Below, in pieces: positions 39,145 to 52,548 of a stretch of 64,000 nt of DNA (its first letter is position 1; each line of letters begins with the position of its first letter). The notes beneath the pieces were generated by a model. It did no database searches. It was not told where the DNA came from and worked only from the letters and a program-made list of their open reading frames with translations. The position numbers and the translations under genes are program-made. The DNA is from Phoronis australis (Eukaryota > Animalia > Phoronida). The stretch covers positions 991,747 through 1,055,746 of the forward strand of contig NMRA01000067.1 of the NCBI GenBank assembly GCA_002633005.1, in the 5' to 3' direction.

Positions 39145-41770
39145 ATTAAGCGTCAACACAACACGTGCTTGTGTGTAGGCATGTGGGTTTGGGCAAATTA
39201 ATGTCGTCCGTCCCGAATGGTGCCCGCTGTTAAGCCTCCAAAATCCCTAGATGGATGTCGGTGGTTTTCAATGGAAATGTTTTTATTTTTACTGGCATTG
39301 TTTTGGTTACATGTCGGCTGCATGTTCTTGCTTTGACAGCCAAGATTTGCGTTTGGAAAGCTTGGGACCAGCGAATTGGCGATGACCTAAAATTTACTCG
39401 GTTCTGTTATTAACTCTGTTGGAAATTAAAGGTTATTTCTGAACTAATGATGACCCTCCCAACAGTAGGCCTACATGCGCGTACTAGGCTCATGGTCAAA
39501 TATCCGAAATAATGTTTTTGAGAAAATTGTTCAGTCAAGTGTTTCGCATATACCGTAGCTTACTAAGTTCCACTTATAATAGTAGGTGGGTGTTCTCTGG
39601 GCATAGACCAATGCCAACTTGTGGCTACAGGCACACGCATTGTCGTAGAGAAAAACGCACAATCTTGCCCGCATGCGAAACACTTTCACGCTACTTCAGT
39701 GGTTTGATGACGTATTTCCTGGACTGTGACTCGGGTGCGATCATCACGTTCTGCTAGACTCACTCGTCAAGTTTTATTAGCAGGAATAACATGTAGGTAA
39801 CAGTACAGTTTTAATTGACTAACTTGTTGTCATATTCATAAAGGTTTGAAAACATATACATTCGGTCGATATGAAAGTTTACCTAATAAAAACGACGAGT
39901 TACGGGTATTTACGCATCGAACAAGCTCTACCGATCATCGAGGTCAGCCAAGCATTTCAGTTTTTGCCTCCTTTTGGCCTTGGCCATATCCCGAGGCCTA
40001 AGTTTGCCTCAATCGTGACTTATGCAGCGTATTCGCTATGTGCATACGATCACGAGTGGAGTGTAGCAGACATGTACGCCGGTCCTTGAAAACTGTTACG
40101 ATGTAATCACTTTGAAGGGTCAATGCTTGTGCATGACCACGTGGTCTCGGTGGTATGAAAATTGTCTGAGGTGATAAATTTTTGGTCCTGGCGTGTTAAA
40201 TTTTGGTCCTGAAGTATTAAATTTTCGGTTATTACGTGATGAATTTTGGTCCCAATTTTTGTTGGTCTTGTAGAGTGAATTGTTTTTGATTCTTGCTTGA
40301 ATGAAAATTAGATTTTCAGTGGGATATTTTGTTTTGTGTGGAGCAGACAAATTGCAACATTATAGCTTCACGGCAATAAAACAGATTAACATAAATTTGA
40401 CGTATCATATTAGACTAAAATTAATTGGTGACTTTGCGAGCCGTTTGGTTTCTGAATTCTCGGCGTGAAAAGTTAGGTCATGATCGATGAAATACGACAA
40501 AAATAGTTAAAATAGACGCAGCATGTTTTAGTTCTTTTGTATCGGTAGTCAAGTTGGTCCTCTTTGGTTTCATGCGCGTACCCAGCCTTGAAAATGTGGG
40601 GCTCGAATTTCTGTCGATGTGGACCCTTTGCTGACAAAACATTGGTGGGACTAAAAAAAAAGAAAAAAAAGAAAAAAAACGGGGCAGAGTATTAGCCATG
40701 ACCCCCCTCTAAATCCGCCACTGATATGTGCTATTTGTATTACTGCTCAAAGCAGAACAGCTTCACTGTGGCGTTGGATTTTAATGAGAGCCAATTATGT
40801 CAATAATTAGGTCTCCGTGATCTGTTACAAAGTTTATGCAATGGCTTTCCAAGAACGCGACTAAACTTCTCAACAGAATCTCGGAATGAACTGTCGATTG
40901 TTCATTCTAATGACTTATTGCAGCCAATTCATATCCCGTATCTCTACATACACCTAAGTCACCATGACGACTAAAAGCATCATTCCATGTGTCCGTGTTG
41001 CTGATATCCGGGTTTGAGATTGAGCGAGAATTATGCAAATTTCACTGAGTTACCGTGTGTTCTTTAAATTTCCCTCTTGATAATACTTGTCATGACACTA
41101 CGAAATAATTAAGCTAGCAACTCTGGAGGTTTGTAGAGATAGAAATGCATTTAATTTCCGTCTGTTAGCGAAATACAATTTCCTGTTTTAGAAATCCTGG
41201 TGTTTGGCGAGGCAAATTCTAAAGAAACTGAATAGTCTTTGGGTCTACACTCTTTTATACTCATGATATTTACAAGTGTCACAGCATCGGGTAAAAATGG
41301 TACAAACAGCAACAAAGTCGTCCGTTTCTCTACCTACGGTGCCCGTGGCATGTACATAAGCAAGCAGGAAGTATTGTTCATGTAGCTGTGATGGGTTATT
41401 TATGGTAATTATCGTTGACTGGACTCGGCAGACGCATGTATCGTTGACTGGACTCGGCAGACGCATGTATTCATTTGATCTTGACTGATCCTGCTCTGTC
41501 AGTCCAATAACTCACGGAGAACAAATAAAAATCAATAAAGATCTACTGTATGAGCAGCGAATCTGTGCTAGACTTTGTTAAATGTATCATATCGAGTTCC
41601 ATGTTTTGTTCAAACTAATCAAATTTCGTGTCTTGTGGACGTTGCGTATGAATATATAATTTACAGCTATACTGACGCTGAGTAGTTTATTGGAACCCGT
41701 CGTGTCAAGCAGCATGTGAATTCAGTAACTGGAAATTTCTTGTGTTTGCTATCCGAGTTTGGAATACAAA

Positions 41771-41861
41771 ATGGAAATAAAGAATGTGAGTCAGAGGCTG
41801 AGTTGGTTGTTCCAGTGTGCCGTTTGTCTGAGCATTTATGTTGAAGTCGTCACTGGATTTG
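41771..41861 (+). CDS. Shisa-like gene exon 1 (signal peptide)
   Basis: aaaATGG start; MEIKNVSQRLSWLFQCAVCLSIYVEVVTGF; G|GTAAGT, phase 1. Linkage to exon 2 is inferred from phase and architecture. Confidence 0.7.
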
Positions 41862-42966
41862 GTAAGTGCGTTGGTTCAGAGATTTCCCTTACTAGATTTT
41901 TAAAAAGAAATAGCACACACTCGGGAATCGCTTTCACTATACATTCAGTTACATTCTCGAACATACATGTATCTTCACAAAGCTTGGAATATATATGGGA
42001 AGTAACTGCGATCCATTCTTGATTTTTGGGACATGCGTACATGATTTTTTTGCAATGTCGCTTTCAAGCAAAAGTCTTCAACGGAAGCACCAATTAAAAC
42101 TTCAAAAGTTCGCAGTTGTGTCGCACATTAATTAGAAGCGTATTTTAGTCGCCAGGTTGCCCTGTGTGGCCTCGGTCTCTACAGACATTTGCTTTTTATT
42201 AAATTGCGTTGACATTCACCAATAATTCATTCGTGGCTTTAATTTAACAGTAATCCAAAAATGCGTTTTTCGACATCAAACCGATGTGTCTTTAATCGGT
42301 TTTAAGGTCGAAAATACATGTAGGGGAACACTATTGGATGGGATAGATTTCTTGAAGTTATTAACTTTGACCAGAACTATAAAACAACAAAATCTGTTTT
42401 GTTTTATGAGTTAATTAATTGCCGTTGTCTGCCACACATTCCCTGAAATCAGTTTTAACTTTTATATATCTACTGATGAAGAAACTCGTACCGATATCGC
42501 GTGTGGTTAACAGCAGAACGTTAGACTGTGACCGCGAGTGTTCCTGGTTACAATCCGCGCTGAGCCTGATTTCAGACAATCACATTTCTCACTTTAAAAG
42601 CATTTCAACATTAAAGTGTGGGTTTCTTTTTCCTTATTAAATATCAGGAGGCGCTAAATTGGTAAATTGGTCTTGGCGTTAGTTTCCAGCATATACATGT
42701 ATCATTTGACTGTGCTGTAGATCAAACTGCAGCACGTGTTAGCAGCTCCAATGGTTTTGGCCAAATGGATTTTTCATCTAGAAATTTTACCACTTTGTAA
42801 GGTAAGAACATCTAGGAGGAACCAAGGTGCCTCTGAACACTTCTACCGTGTTGAAATACTGAAGCTGGACCCTCACCACGGGAGCGAAATTTTTACCGAG
42901 AACTTCTTTCGTATTCGGAAAAACAACACATTGCTTACACTTCCGGTACCCGCAAAGTAAACCCAG

Positions 42967-43117
42967 CCTCCCTTTCAGTAACGCTAGGACCTCGCTAAAA
43001 AGCAAGACTTCGCGAGATTACATGAGATATTGCCGTGTATTTTAAATAAGAGCACGGGACTTTGACTAGGTTTTAGCTAGGTCCTAGCGTAGGTCCTAGC
43101 GTCTACTGAACGCACGC
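42967..43117 (+). mobile_element. About 150-bp PIF/Harbinger-group (CWG target) MITE, copy 1
   Basis: Inverted ends ttcagtaacgctaggacc / ggtcctagcgtctactgaa; flanked CAG...CAG; two more copies in the window. Confidence 0.85.
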
Positions 43118-43192
43118 CAGGGTTTCTTTATGAAACTTTGAGCTTAGAAACGGAACGTGTGCCGTCAACTAAGTCGTGATGGGGTTCTTGTT

Positions 43193-43320
43193 CATGGGCG
43201 GATCCAGGATTTCAAAAAGGGGGGTCCAAGTCAACATTTTGAAAATTTTAGATTTGATATCATTAAAATCAAAGGAAAAGGGGGGTCCGGCAATCCTTGA
43301 CCCCTCTGGATCCGCCTATG
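43193..43320. mobile_element. Short hAT-like MITE
   Basis: Termini CATGGGCGGATCCAG / CTGGATCCGCCTATG; no clear TSD. Confidence 0.7.
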
Positions 43321-44238
43321 TTGTTACAACTACATTCCTAAAAACGACATGGGGATTAAAACGGGGATTTGAAACAACCATCTGACCAGAGAACTAGCTG
43401 TAAAGTTCGTGAATAAAGAATTTTTACTGAAACTCGCAGACATTGTTCGTTTTGGGAAACCCTACAAACGATGTGAAATTACTATGGTTCCTAACTAGGT
43501 ACATGAACTTTTACAATTCGAAAAATTTCAGGTCCGAAAAAGCCTGTGGGCGTACATTTGGAATACCCCTTTGTGGAAATTCACACCGATAAATGTTGTG
43601 TGACAAAAGGACGTCGACCATTCAGAGATTTGTACATATTTCCGAAAGAACAATTTTTTAATTCGTAAAATGCAAAATATTCCGTTAATTTAGGTGTATC
43701 GAATTCTGACCGTTCAATTATTAATCAAATGTATCGCTTGCCTGCGTTGAACATACACAATAAAATTTTTAATTTAAATTAATGAAATAGTTCAAATCAT
43801 GCTCAGTGTGCTGTTCCTGACTTCTTTGAGCAAGATCCCCGTGTTGTAACAACTGGTGTGTCAACCACATTAGTTTATTAGACAAAATTACGAATTTTGT
43901 CTCTTCCATTTTAATGATCTCACATGTAAGTCACAACAAATGTAATTATAGGTGCTACCGTTTCCACCAAGAAAGATACTATTTCTTCCACGCAGTGTTT
44001 GCTTTTGGTATGAGTTTACAGTCTTCATATCTCCTGCTTTGTTTTTCACTAAGAACACTGGGAGAGAAGAGTCTTGGGGTCACCGCAGACGAAGAGCTTC
44101 GAGGTCAGCTGTACTGTGTGCCTCAAGAGAACGACAGCATGGCTGACAGCTCACGTCAATGCGAGAAAATAAGACAGTTGAATGAACTAGCCTCTAGTTT
44201 ATTCAGCTATTCTCGCCTTCATGTCAGTTGCCGGCGTA

Positions 44239-47200
44239 TAGTCCGGGAGCCAAACGCTTTTTTATTTAACCTGGTTTTGCCGGATAAAGTTTTTTCTTTG
44301 CAGTTTCATGTAGCCTGGGGTTTGGTAATCAGAAATCAGGCGGGTGACCGTTCCCAAACCTTGAGCATTTTTTAAATATGCAAATTAAGGTCGCCATTAT
44401 GCAAAATTCTATTTTTGTCTATAATTTCTTTACCAACCACTGCAGGCAGATTATTTTGACGTTTTACTCATGTTTCCATGGTCAGTGAATTTAATGGTGA
44501 AAGTTTTTGGGTGGATACATCGTCAATTTGCATAATTTATGCAAATTAAGACCGCCATTATTCAAAATTTTACTTGTTTCAATAGCTATGGTACCAATCA
44601 TCATAGGTGAACTATGATATTTGCACCTATGTTTCTATGGTCAATTAGTTCAATGAAATCAGTTTGCATGTTGTTGCATGATAAATTTGCATAATTAATG
44701 TAAATTAAGGCCACCATTATTCAAAATTATTTGTTGCTTAAAGCTTCCTTACCAAGCACTGCAGACAGGTTACTTTTAGGTTTTCATCCATGCTTCCATG
44801 GTCAGTGAAATTAATGGACCTCGTTTGCTGGTGGATACATCTTGAATTTGCTTAATATATGCATAATATATGCAAATTAAGGCCGCCATTATTCAAAATT
44901 CTAATTTTGCTTATAGCTGAAGTACCAGGCACCCCAAGTAAACTATTTTAACGTCTTTACCTATGTTTCTGTGAAATAAGTTCGCAAGTTGTTGCATGAT
45001 GAATTTTCATATTTTATACAAATAATGGACACCACTATTCCAAATACTGTTTTTGCTCTTAATTTCCTTACGGGCGTTACATGTAAATTATTTTCCAATT
45101 TATCTCGTGTTTTTGATAATTTACGCAAATTACAGCTGCCATATTCAAAATTCTACTTGTGCTTATAACTGCTGCATCAGACACCAGAGGTTAGTTATAA
45201 ATATTTGCACCCATGTTTCAATGGTTAATGAATTTAATGAAATCTGTTTGCAGAATCTCCTTTTTGATGAAGTAAGAAAATCTTTTGTGTAATGTGTGTT
45301 CTGCAGTTTGAGACCTTAAATTCCAAAAAGATATTGCCTATAGCCCTGCGATCTCAGAGACCATAGAAAAAGCGCAAAATAGTTTAATGACTTAGGTGAA
45401 TGCTGGAATGGGGCTCGGAGCGATCAGTTTATGGGGACCACATTGATGAGGTAGGAATACAATAGTGAGGGAATAGTAAGGAATTGCCCTCAAAGAAGAG
45501 AATCTTAAGCTTTGGGCACAAATTGCCATTTGTCCCACAAGATTGAAACAGATCTTGGGAGAGATGGAGAGCGGTAACGTTAGATCCTGTACTAAAACTT
45601 ATTACACGGAAGAAAGTAAGACACGTCTTGATGCACAAGCCCAGGATATTGCATGGATCTGCCAAAAGTAGATACCAGCATCGATCTACTGGATCCCAAT
45701 GTCCATCCCAAAGACACAGTGGTGAACATTAGCAGTGACAGGATTGCTACTTCGAGAAAGGCTGCCAATACATTAGGAACACATGTAGGCAATCACTGAT
45801 GAAGATCATTGTCCCTTAATACAATACAAGGATATTGGAGATCGAGACATCCCATGAAGAAGCTAGCTCCATTATTGTCAAACAGGACGTGAAATGTGCA
45901 TATGAACTTAACAAATTTTAGGTTGTTTCGGATGACAAAAATGTATTTGTCCTTCGTGTGCATTACTAACACAAGGAACAGCTTCAAATACCACAACCAT
46001 GAAATCACGTAGTAAGCGTAGAACAGTCGAACACATAAAGTTAACAGTGAAAACGTGTAGCGATATTGTGAAGTTCTCCTCCCTGCCCATGCGCTGTAGG
46101 GGTGTAACACGTTGGTATGCAAAAATATTGAAGGCTGACCATGACCTATCTGCCATCGGCACTAGTATGCATGCACATTTTTCTGATGTCATGAAACAAG
46201 TCACTAAATGTATGTGCGCCTGTCATGGAATGAAGAGAATCAGGAAGATGTCACGAACCAGACTACAGGTATGGGGAAGAGAAATGGCAAGAAATATATA
46301 TCTGCCCCCAAACTGTCACCGACAACAGAGGCATTCAAAGAGAACGTAAACGTAAACAGAGCCCATTACCAGTCAGTCATGGGGTGGAATGTCACCAGCA
46401 CTAGATCGAGAGGACTATGGATGGAAGAAAGATGCCATAAACAAATCACTCTCACTATCTATAATTCCGCATGGTGTCCAACTCGCTCCTATTGCTTACT
46501 AGTGATGATAAGGTGTGACTGCAAAGGTCAGATTTCACGAAATTCAAGTAGATACTATTGCAGAGTCAATTTTCTGCCCCGCAAAATATTTTGGGCACAT
46601 TATACTGTAGTATGCTCACGTTCCGAGTGTTGAATTAGCATTTGAAACGTCTTGTGACTGGTCTCCATTCGATAGGATATTGTCCCGGGTTTATGCAATT
46701 AAGCAATTTGGTCATCTACTACCACTTATACCCTGGGTACCAGACAAAAGTAGAATTTGTAATGTTGTGTAATAAATTACAGATTATTTATATTTATGAT
46801 GTAATAACAGATTACATTAAATTCATCAGTAAAAATACCAAACAATTTACATGTGGTGCCCCCCGTAAGAAAGTTACGAGCAGAAAAAGAATTTATGATA
46901 ATGTCTGCCTTTATTTGGATATATTATGCTAATTTATCGTGCAACTTGCTAACTGACTTTATTAACCTAATTGACAACAGGAACATAGGTTCAAATATCA
47001 TGAGAGTTTACCTGTGGTGCTTGGTACCGCAGCTATAAGCCAAGTAGCTATATGCACAAGTAAAATTTTGAATAATGACGCCCTTAATTTGCATTAGTTC
47101 TGCAAATTATGCAAAGTTATCATGCAACTACATGCAAAGCGATTTCATTAAAATAGTTGACCAAAGGAATATAGGTGCAAATATCATGATAGTTCATCTG

Positions 47201-47725
47201 TGGTGCCTGGTACAGTAGCTAGAAGCACAAGAAGAACTTTGAATAATGGCGGCATTAATTTGCATAAATTATGCATATTGACAATGTATTCATTAAAAAA
47301 CTTGCACTGTTAAATTCGTTTACCATGGAAACATGAGTTAAAACGTCAAAATTATCTGGCTGCAGTGCTTGGTAAGGAAATTATAAGCAAAAATAGTAGA
47401 ATTTTGCATAATGGCAGTCTTAATTTGCATAAATTATGCAATTTGACAATGTATTCACCTAAAAACTTGCATTATTAAATTCGTTGACTATGAAAACATG
47501 AGTAAAACGTCAAAATTATCGGGCTGCAGTGCTTGGTAAGGAAATTATAAGTAAAAATAGAATTTTGCATAATGGCGACCTTAATTTGCATATTTAAAAA
47601 AATACTCAAGGGTTGCGAACGGTCACCCCCTTAAATCATGGTGACTTAACCCTAGGGTACATGAAAATGCAAAGAAAAAAACTTTATCCGGCAAAACCAG
47701 GTTCAACCCCCTGGCTCCCGGACTA
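44239..47725 (+). mobile_element. Degenerate Academ DNA transposon (3.5 kb)
   Basis: Termini TAGTCCGGGAGCCA / TGGCTCCCGGACTA; long TIRs with arrays of about 160-bp subterminal repeats; flanks gta / tta (near 3-bp TSD); internal transposase remnant. Confidence 0.88.
45990..46633 (+). pseudogene. Academ transposase C-terminal remnant (frameshifted)
   Basis: KLSPTTEAFKENV..RAHYQ..W and LLVMIRCDCKG...YCR..FLP resemble the LPPT..RAHYQ..W..GW..CxC Cys-rich end of Academ proteins. Confidence 0.75.
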
Positions 47726-49973
47726 TTAGCTATCGTTCTATTGAGGCTGACAGCTTAGCTCGTAGCTTCTCGTCTACCGTTACCTGTAAACTCACGTGTC
47801 AGTCGAAAGTCACTGTTCAAGAATTTTGTGTGTAAAATACAGAGCATCATTCCTGTTGAGACATCCGCTCAGAGAGTAGAAAAACGGTCACGTTTTTCGA
47901 CAGCAATAATTTTATTGAGGAAAGTCAACTGGACGAAATTACTTTTGTAAAGATCAACAAATATTGTTACGATTGTTACATAGTTATGAGCAGAATATCA
48001 AACGGTGTAATAATCAAAAGACTTTCATTTTGCAATTTACTACTTAGCTTTGGGAAAAGCTGGGGGGTTTCTTATAGAAGCCCCTCGGCCTAAAGCCGAT
48101 TGCGTCAATCTGATTCCAATCTTCAGTCAAAATTTAATAGCTCACTTGCGAGTTTCTCGTTAGTAAATGTGACGTCACCGGAAGAGGGGCAAAACCCGCT
48201 TTTTAGAGGCCGTTGTACACCGGCCTTCCGTCACAAAAGCCCGACGTTATGAAATTGGTGTCAAATTGCTCCTTAGTCAAATTGCAAAGGTGGACACACT
48301 TTAGTCCAGATTCTACAAGGAAATGACAGTTCTTTGCAAACCCACAAATTACGTCTCATCTGAATAAAAAACAAGTTGAGACCAATTTTTATAAAGGCAA
48401 ATGGTCTTGAAGTTCGCATCCTGGAAGGAACGCGGGTTTATAACCACTTTAAACATTACAGTTAGCGACATCTTTTGAGATTTGGTCTTTCATTTAGACT
48501 TTTTCTTAAAAATACATTGATTTTGAAACCACACAGAAAATAAGATGAGTTTGTAATCTTCTGATGAACGCGCTGACAGAGCGCTGCTGCGCAACTAATT
48601 GCAGTGTTGTCAATTTCAATGTCAAAGTACGATGCAGTGTACAAACCAATCATTATGTGCGCTGTATGACAACAGATTTTAATAAGAATGTATGATGTAG
48701 CCTTCTAATTAATTTCCGTCGAATTATGCGAACAAATCAGGCATGTAAAGCGGTATTAAACTCATGTTCTCTGTCAAAAACCAACTTTTAAGTTAGGCCA
48801 ATAACTGTTGTAAAAACTGTCTCCTCTTATTCCTTACTACGTTTGTGCTCAGGAAGAATCGACAGCTCGTAATAGCTTCAAACCAGGTACTCAATAAGGT
48901 TCACGTAATGCCATGAACGTTTCGGCTAAGACTCGAAAGTTTGAGACACTGGCGCGTTGGATTTGTCAAGTCGGGTTATTGTAAACGATTCTACTTCTGA
49001 TATATGAGAAGACGGAAGTAATACCGTTTTGGAAGCGTAAATATGCCTGGGAACTAAACAGTTGTTTTGGGAACGAAAATATCATGATTTGTAGCGGTAT
49101 TAATTAAGGATTGACTGTTCTTTCCGTCTCCTGCGCATTGCTTGGAGGTTTCCATCCAATCTGGCATTATCACCAGACAATACCGATAGTTTCTGAACGT
49201 GTTTTGGTAACATTCCAGTCAATGCGATCCCTAGTGTCGAGTTCAATACTTTCAAAATGACGTATCAAAACATTTTATCCCTTTTCAAATATGCGATGCC
49301 ATTCCCTATTTTGGATTTTGCTACACATTTCACGACAATCGCGGTTATCCAGCCCAACAGAGAAAACAAAGTGTCTGATTTCAGTACACCGCCGGGGATG
49401 TCTTTTGCTTTACAATCAGTCACCCTCTTTACAGATAAAAAGCAGGAGATTTATCCCCACTGTCGACAACTGGACATTTTACCTGTCCCGCTGTAGTGTA
49501 AAGATGTATTTGTATGCTTCTAACTATGCTGGTGTATAACAGGAAGTAAACGACAATGCTGGTTCAACATAATGAGCGCTAAACAAGTACAGTTGTTCTC
49601 ATTGACAACTTAAAAATGTGAAAACAAAAAAGTCTGCAAATGCGTTATTGACGTACCTCGCGGGCTCACGTACCCCGCATCATACAGTGTTATTCACCAG
49701 CACGACGTCACGAAACTTACTGCACACGGTTCAATGATTTGCGGCGGATCGTTTTCGCCACAAAACTCGTCTTTAAAAACGTTTGGAAATTTTCATGCTA
49801 CTTCATTTTCACATCATCGCTATATGCGGTGCCCAAACTAATTTAGCCAAGCAATCACACAGATAAGGAATTATCCTTCAGGTTCACCTTCAATGACAGC
49901 TGACTGTGTTTCGTTGGCATCCACGTTCCTTTTGGGGGCATTTTTTATAAGTTTCCACTGACTTATCTTACAG

Positions 49974-50112
49974 AGCCAGTGCGATGCAAGAAAGATAAAG
50001 ACTACGGTGACCATCCATTGAACATCTACTATTGCTCAAACGAGTCAAAGCCTGAGTGTTGTCACAAAGATAACACGTTCGACTGTTGCGAGCCGGAATC
50101 TTACAGAGCCTT
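49974..50112 (+). CDS. Shisa-like gene exon 2 (six-cysteine ectodomain)
   Basis: ctgac branch point and cttacag acceptor; EPVRCKKDKDYGDHPLNIYYCSNESKPECCHKDNTFDCCEPESYRA; gtaagt donor; phase 1 to 2. Confidence 0.88.
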
Positions 50113-50172
50113 GTAAGTAGGACACAATCATGTAACTTGTTATCGAAAAACGTTTGTGGACTTAAATGTTAA

Positions 50173-51503
50173 AGGCGAAAGCAACCTTTTTTCATGTCAC
50201 TTTCAGCAAAAATAAGGTTCGTTGATTATCCCAGACACATTTTTCACTTAATTCACAGCTTTTCGTAATTTGATTAATTTCTCGTCCTTTACTCCGGAAG
50301 TGACGTTTTGGGAGGCAAGAGTTTCGCGCCAATTTCTTTTCATTATAGTCCGACTGTGAGAGCTGTGGAGTCAGTCATTGATCCACCTCGGTTGTGATAA
50401 GTTCGGTCGTCGTTTGTTTTTGTTTACAAGTCAGTCAACATGCCACGCTGTTGCTGCGTGCGAGGTTGTACTCATTATCGTCTCACACGCGCTTTGGGTA
50501 CCTTGCGTCGCTTTCCGAAGGCTGACACACTTCGCTGTACTTGGCTAGCTCGTTCATGTGAAGAACGTAGCGTTACCCGTCCACGCAACGTACAAAGCAG
50601 TGGAGGGTTATCGAGTGTGTGGCAAGCATTTTCTGCCGTCAGATTATGTCAGATACGTACGCTGAATTGATGAAGGTCCCTTCGAAACAACGCCTGAAGA
50701 AGGGTACCATACCGTCGCTGTTGATTCCCGGCAGTGTCCCGTCGCCAACCCCGAGAAGTGCGTTTTTGAAGCGAGAAGCCTCGCGAGCTGTGGCCAATAT
50801 ATACAGTGACTGGAGGCACTTCATCTATTGTCACCCGTGCCTCCGAACGTACCACATTGCGTGCAATACCGGAAACTAGCAGTGATTCGCCCTGTGCTGT
50901 TGTCTCTCGCCCAAAGCCTGTAAGCAGTCCTGCAGCGATGTTGAGTAGTGGGAGTGAATACAGGCCCAGTTCGACACCCACTGTGAAGAGGACAGTTCGT
51001 CATCCAATGAACAGATCGGTGAGCCTAAGTTTGATAAGTTTATTGTGGACTTGTATTGGAGCTATTTGGAAGGTGCTAGGTGTGTGGCGAGGGAGTCACA
51101 CGGCAGGATGTAAGCAGTTTGGGTGCTCAGATCACCCTTCGTTGGGAGTGTGTCGCGGGACACTCGGGCAAGTGGGACAGATCTTCTCAGTGTACGTGAG
51201 ACGATAATGAGTACACCCCAGTACGCAGCAACAGCGTGGCATGTTGAATGACTTGTAAGCAAAAGCAAACGACGACCGAACTTTTCAAAACCGAGATAGA
51301 ACAATGACTGACTCGACTGCTCTCACAGTCAGACTATATGAAAAGAAATTGGCGCGAAATTCTTGCCTCCTAAAACGTCACTTCCGGAGTAGACGACGAG
51401 TAATTAAATTACGAAAAGCAGTAAATAAGTGAAAAATATGTCTGGGATAATGAACGAACCTTATTTTTGCTAAAAATGACATGAAAAAAGGTTGCCTTCG
51501 CCT
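50173..51503 (+). mobile_element. Non-autonomous Kolobok-type element, copy A (1331 bp, about 310-bp TIRs)
   Basis: TTAA|AGGCGAAAGCAACC ... GGTTGCCTTCGCCT|TTAA; carries a THAP transposase 5' remnant. Confidence 0.9.
50440..51190 (+). pseudogene. THAP-domain transposase 5' remnant in copy A
   Basis: MPRCCCVRGC...RFPK...W...(frameshift)YRVCGKHF...(frameshift)RLKKGTIPSL, then ELFGRC*VC...WECVAGH..KW. Confidence 0.85.
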
Positions 51504-51981
51504 TTAACGTCAAAAAGACAGCCTCGAAATGTCCAAGTGTAATACATTGAATGATCTAACCGCTCACACTCTTTTGCTTTGCCTTCACTGGTTTAAAGCT
51601 TGACATGGAATAGATCTCGCCAGTTTCGAGAAATCGCGAAAATTGGAAGGCCTTGTAAATGTCAAACGTAGCATAGAGCGTCATTCACTGGTGGCCGTCA
51701 AACAGCCCAAAATTTAACTTAAAAATTTCCTCACTGGATTTTGTTTATTTTTGAAATATACGATTTGTGCATCTTTGTAGAATACGTTTTGACAGATCTT
51801 CATGGTTTGCGTTCTAACAGTCGAATTACGAAATTTGGAATCGATTCAGTGAAGCGCGAACTACAACACGTGAACTACAAATATTTCCATCGCTGCCGGA
51901 TGAGACCCGAAACTGCCAAACCACCAAATATGAATTCACTGTAACATGTTTGAGGAGTAGCATTCTAGGCTGAGTTACATA

Positions 51982-52118
51982 AAGCTTCAAAAGTTATCGG
52001 CTGGATAAGTTTGATTGCTGCATGACGTCAGATGCATTGTTCAACAATAACAACTGACGCGTGATAATGCGGCGTCTTTGTTGCTATATGGCGTATAACT
52101 TTTATGCAACTGGGCTCA
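51982..52118. mobile_element. Partial Harbinger-like MITE (right end), same family as 62118-62940
   Basis: gctggataagtttgattg...gacgtcagatgcattgttcaacaataacaac...ttttatgcaactgggc is shared with 62818-62940. Confidence 0.75.
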
Positions 52119-52548
52119 GGTGAAGAAAAGGGCTGATTCATTCAGTGAAATATTCCTTTGATAATACCACTGTATTATAGTGGTTCAAGTATCAAAGTGA
52201 CTCCATTCTTACTGGGCAACTGGATAAGACTCAAAAAGCTTTATAGCAGAGACGTTTTAGCAGATAACATATTCTCCAGGCATCCACGACGAATCAGGGC
52301 GAACCCCAGCAGCAGCAGAGGTTAGAGAATATGTAGACTCTCCAGTGCATAATGACTGGAACATACGGAGAACAAAATTTGATAATACGGCAAAACCCAG
52401 TCATTCTTATACTATAATAGAAAGGCTGAAGTGGCCTTCTATGTTTAATTGACTCGTCTGTAACATAGGGGAAAGCGAGATTGATATCGGGAGCCTCGAA
52501 ATTGATCTTAGGTTTGACTATCGTCGGCCGGATGTTCCGTCTCCGCCG

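Noticed and set aside
42490-42570. tRNA-like segment with A/B-box resemblance
   Set aside because: Stems do not pair well; at most a decayed tRNA-derived SINE head.
42721-44007. Exon-like segments 42721-42801 and 43952-44006 (CYRF, lectin-like) in intron 1 of the Shisa-like gene
   Set aside because: Stops or phase conflicts with exon 1; exon 1 joins exon 2 cleanly without them.
43914-44375. 153-aa ORF
   Set aside because: Runs across the foldback element into the Academ TIR; chance ORF.
50440-50670. THAP ORF as a domesticated host THAP gene
   Set aside because: Frameshifted, truncated, inside TIRs with TTAA flanks, and duplicated at 59886-60110.
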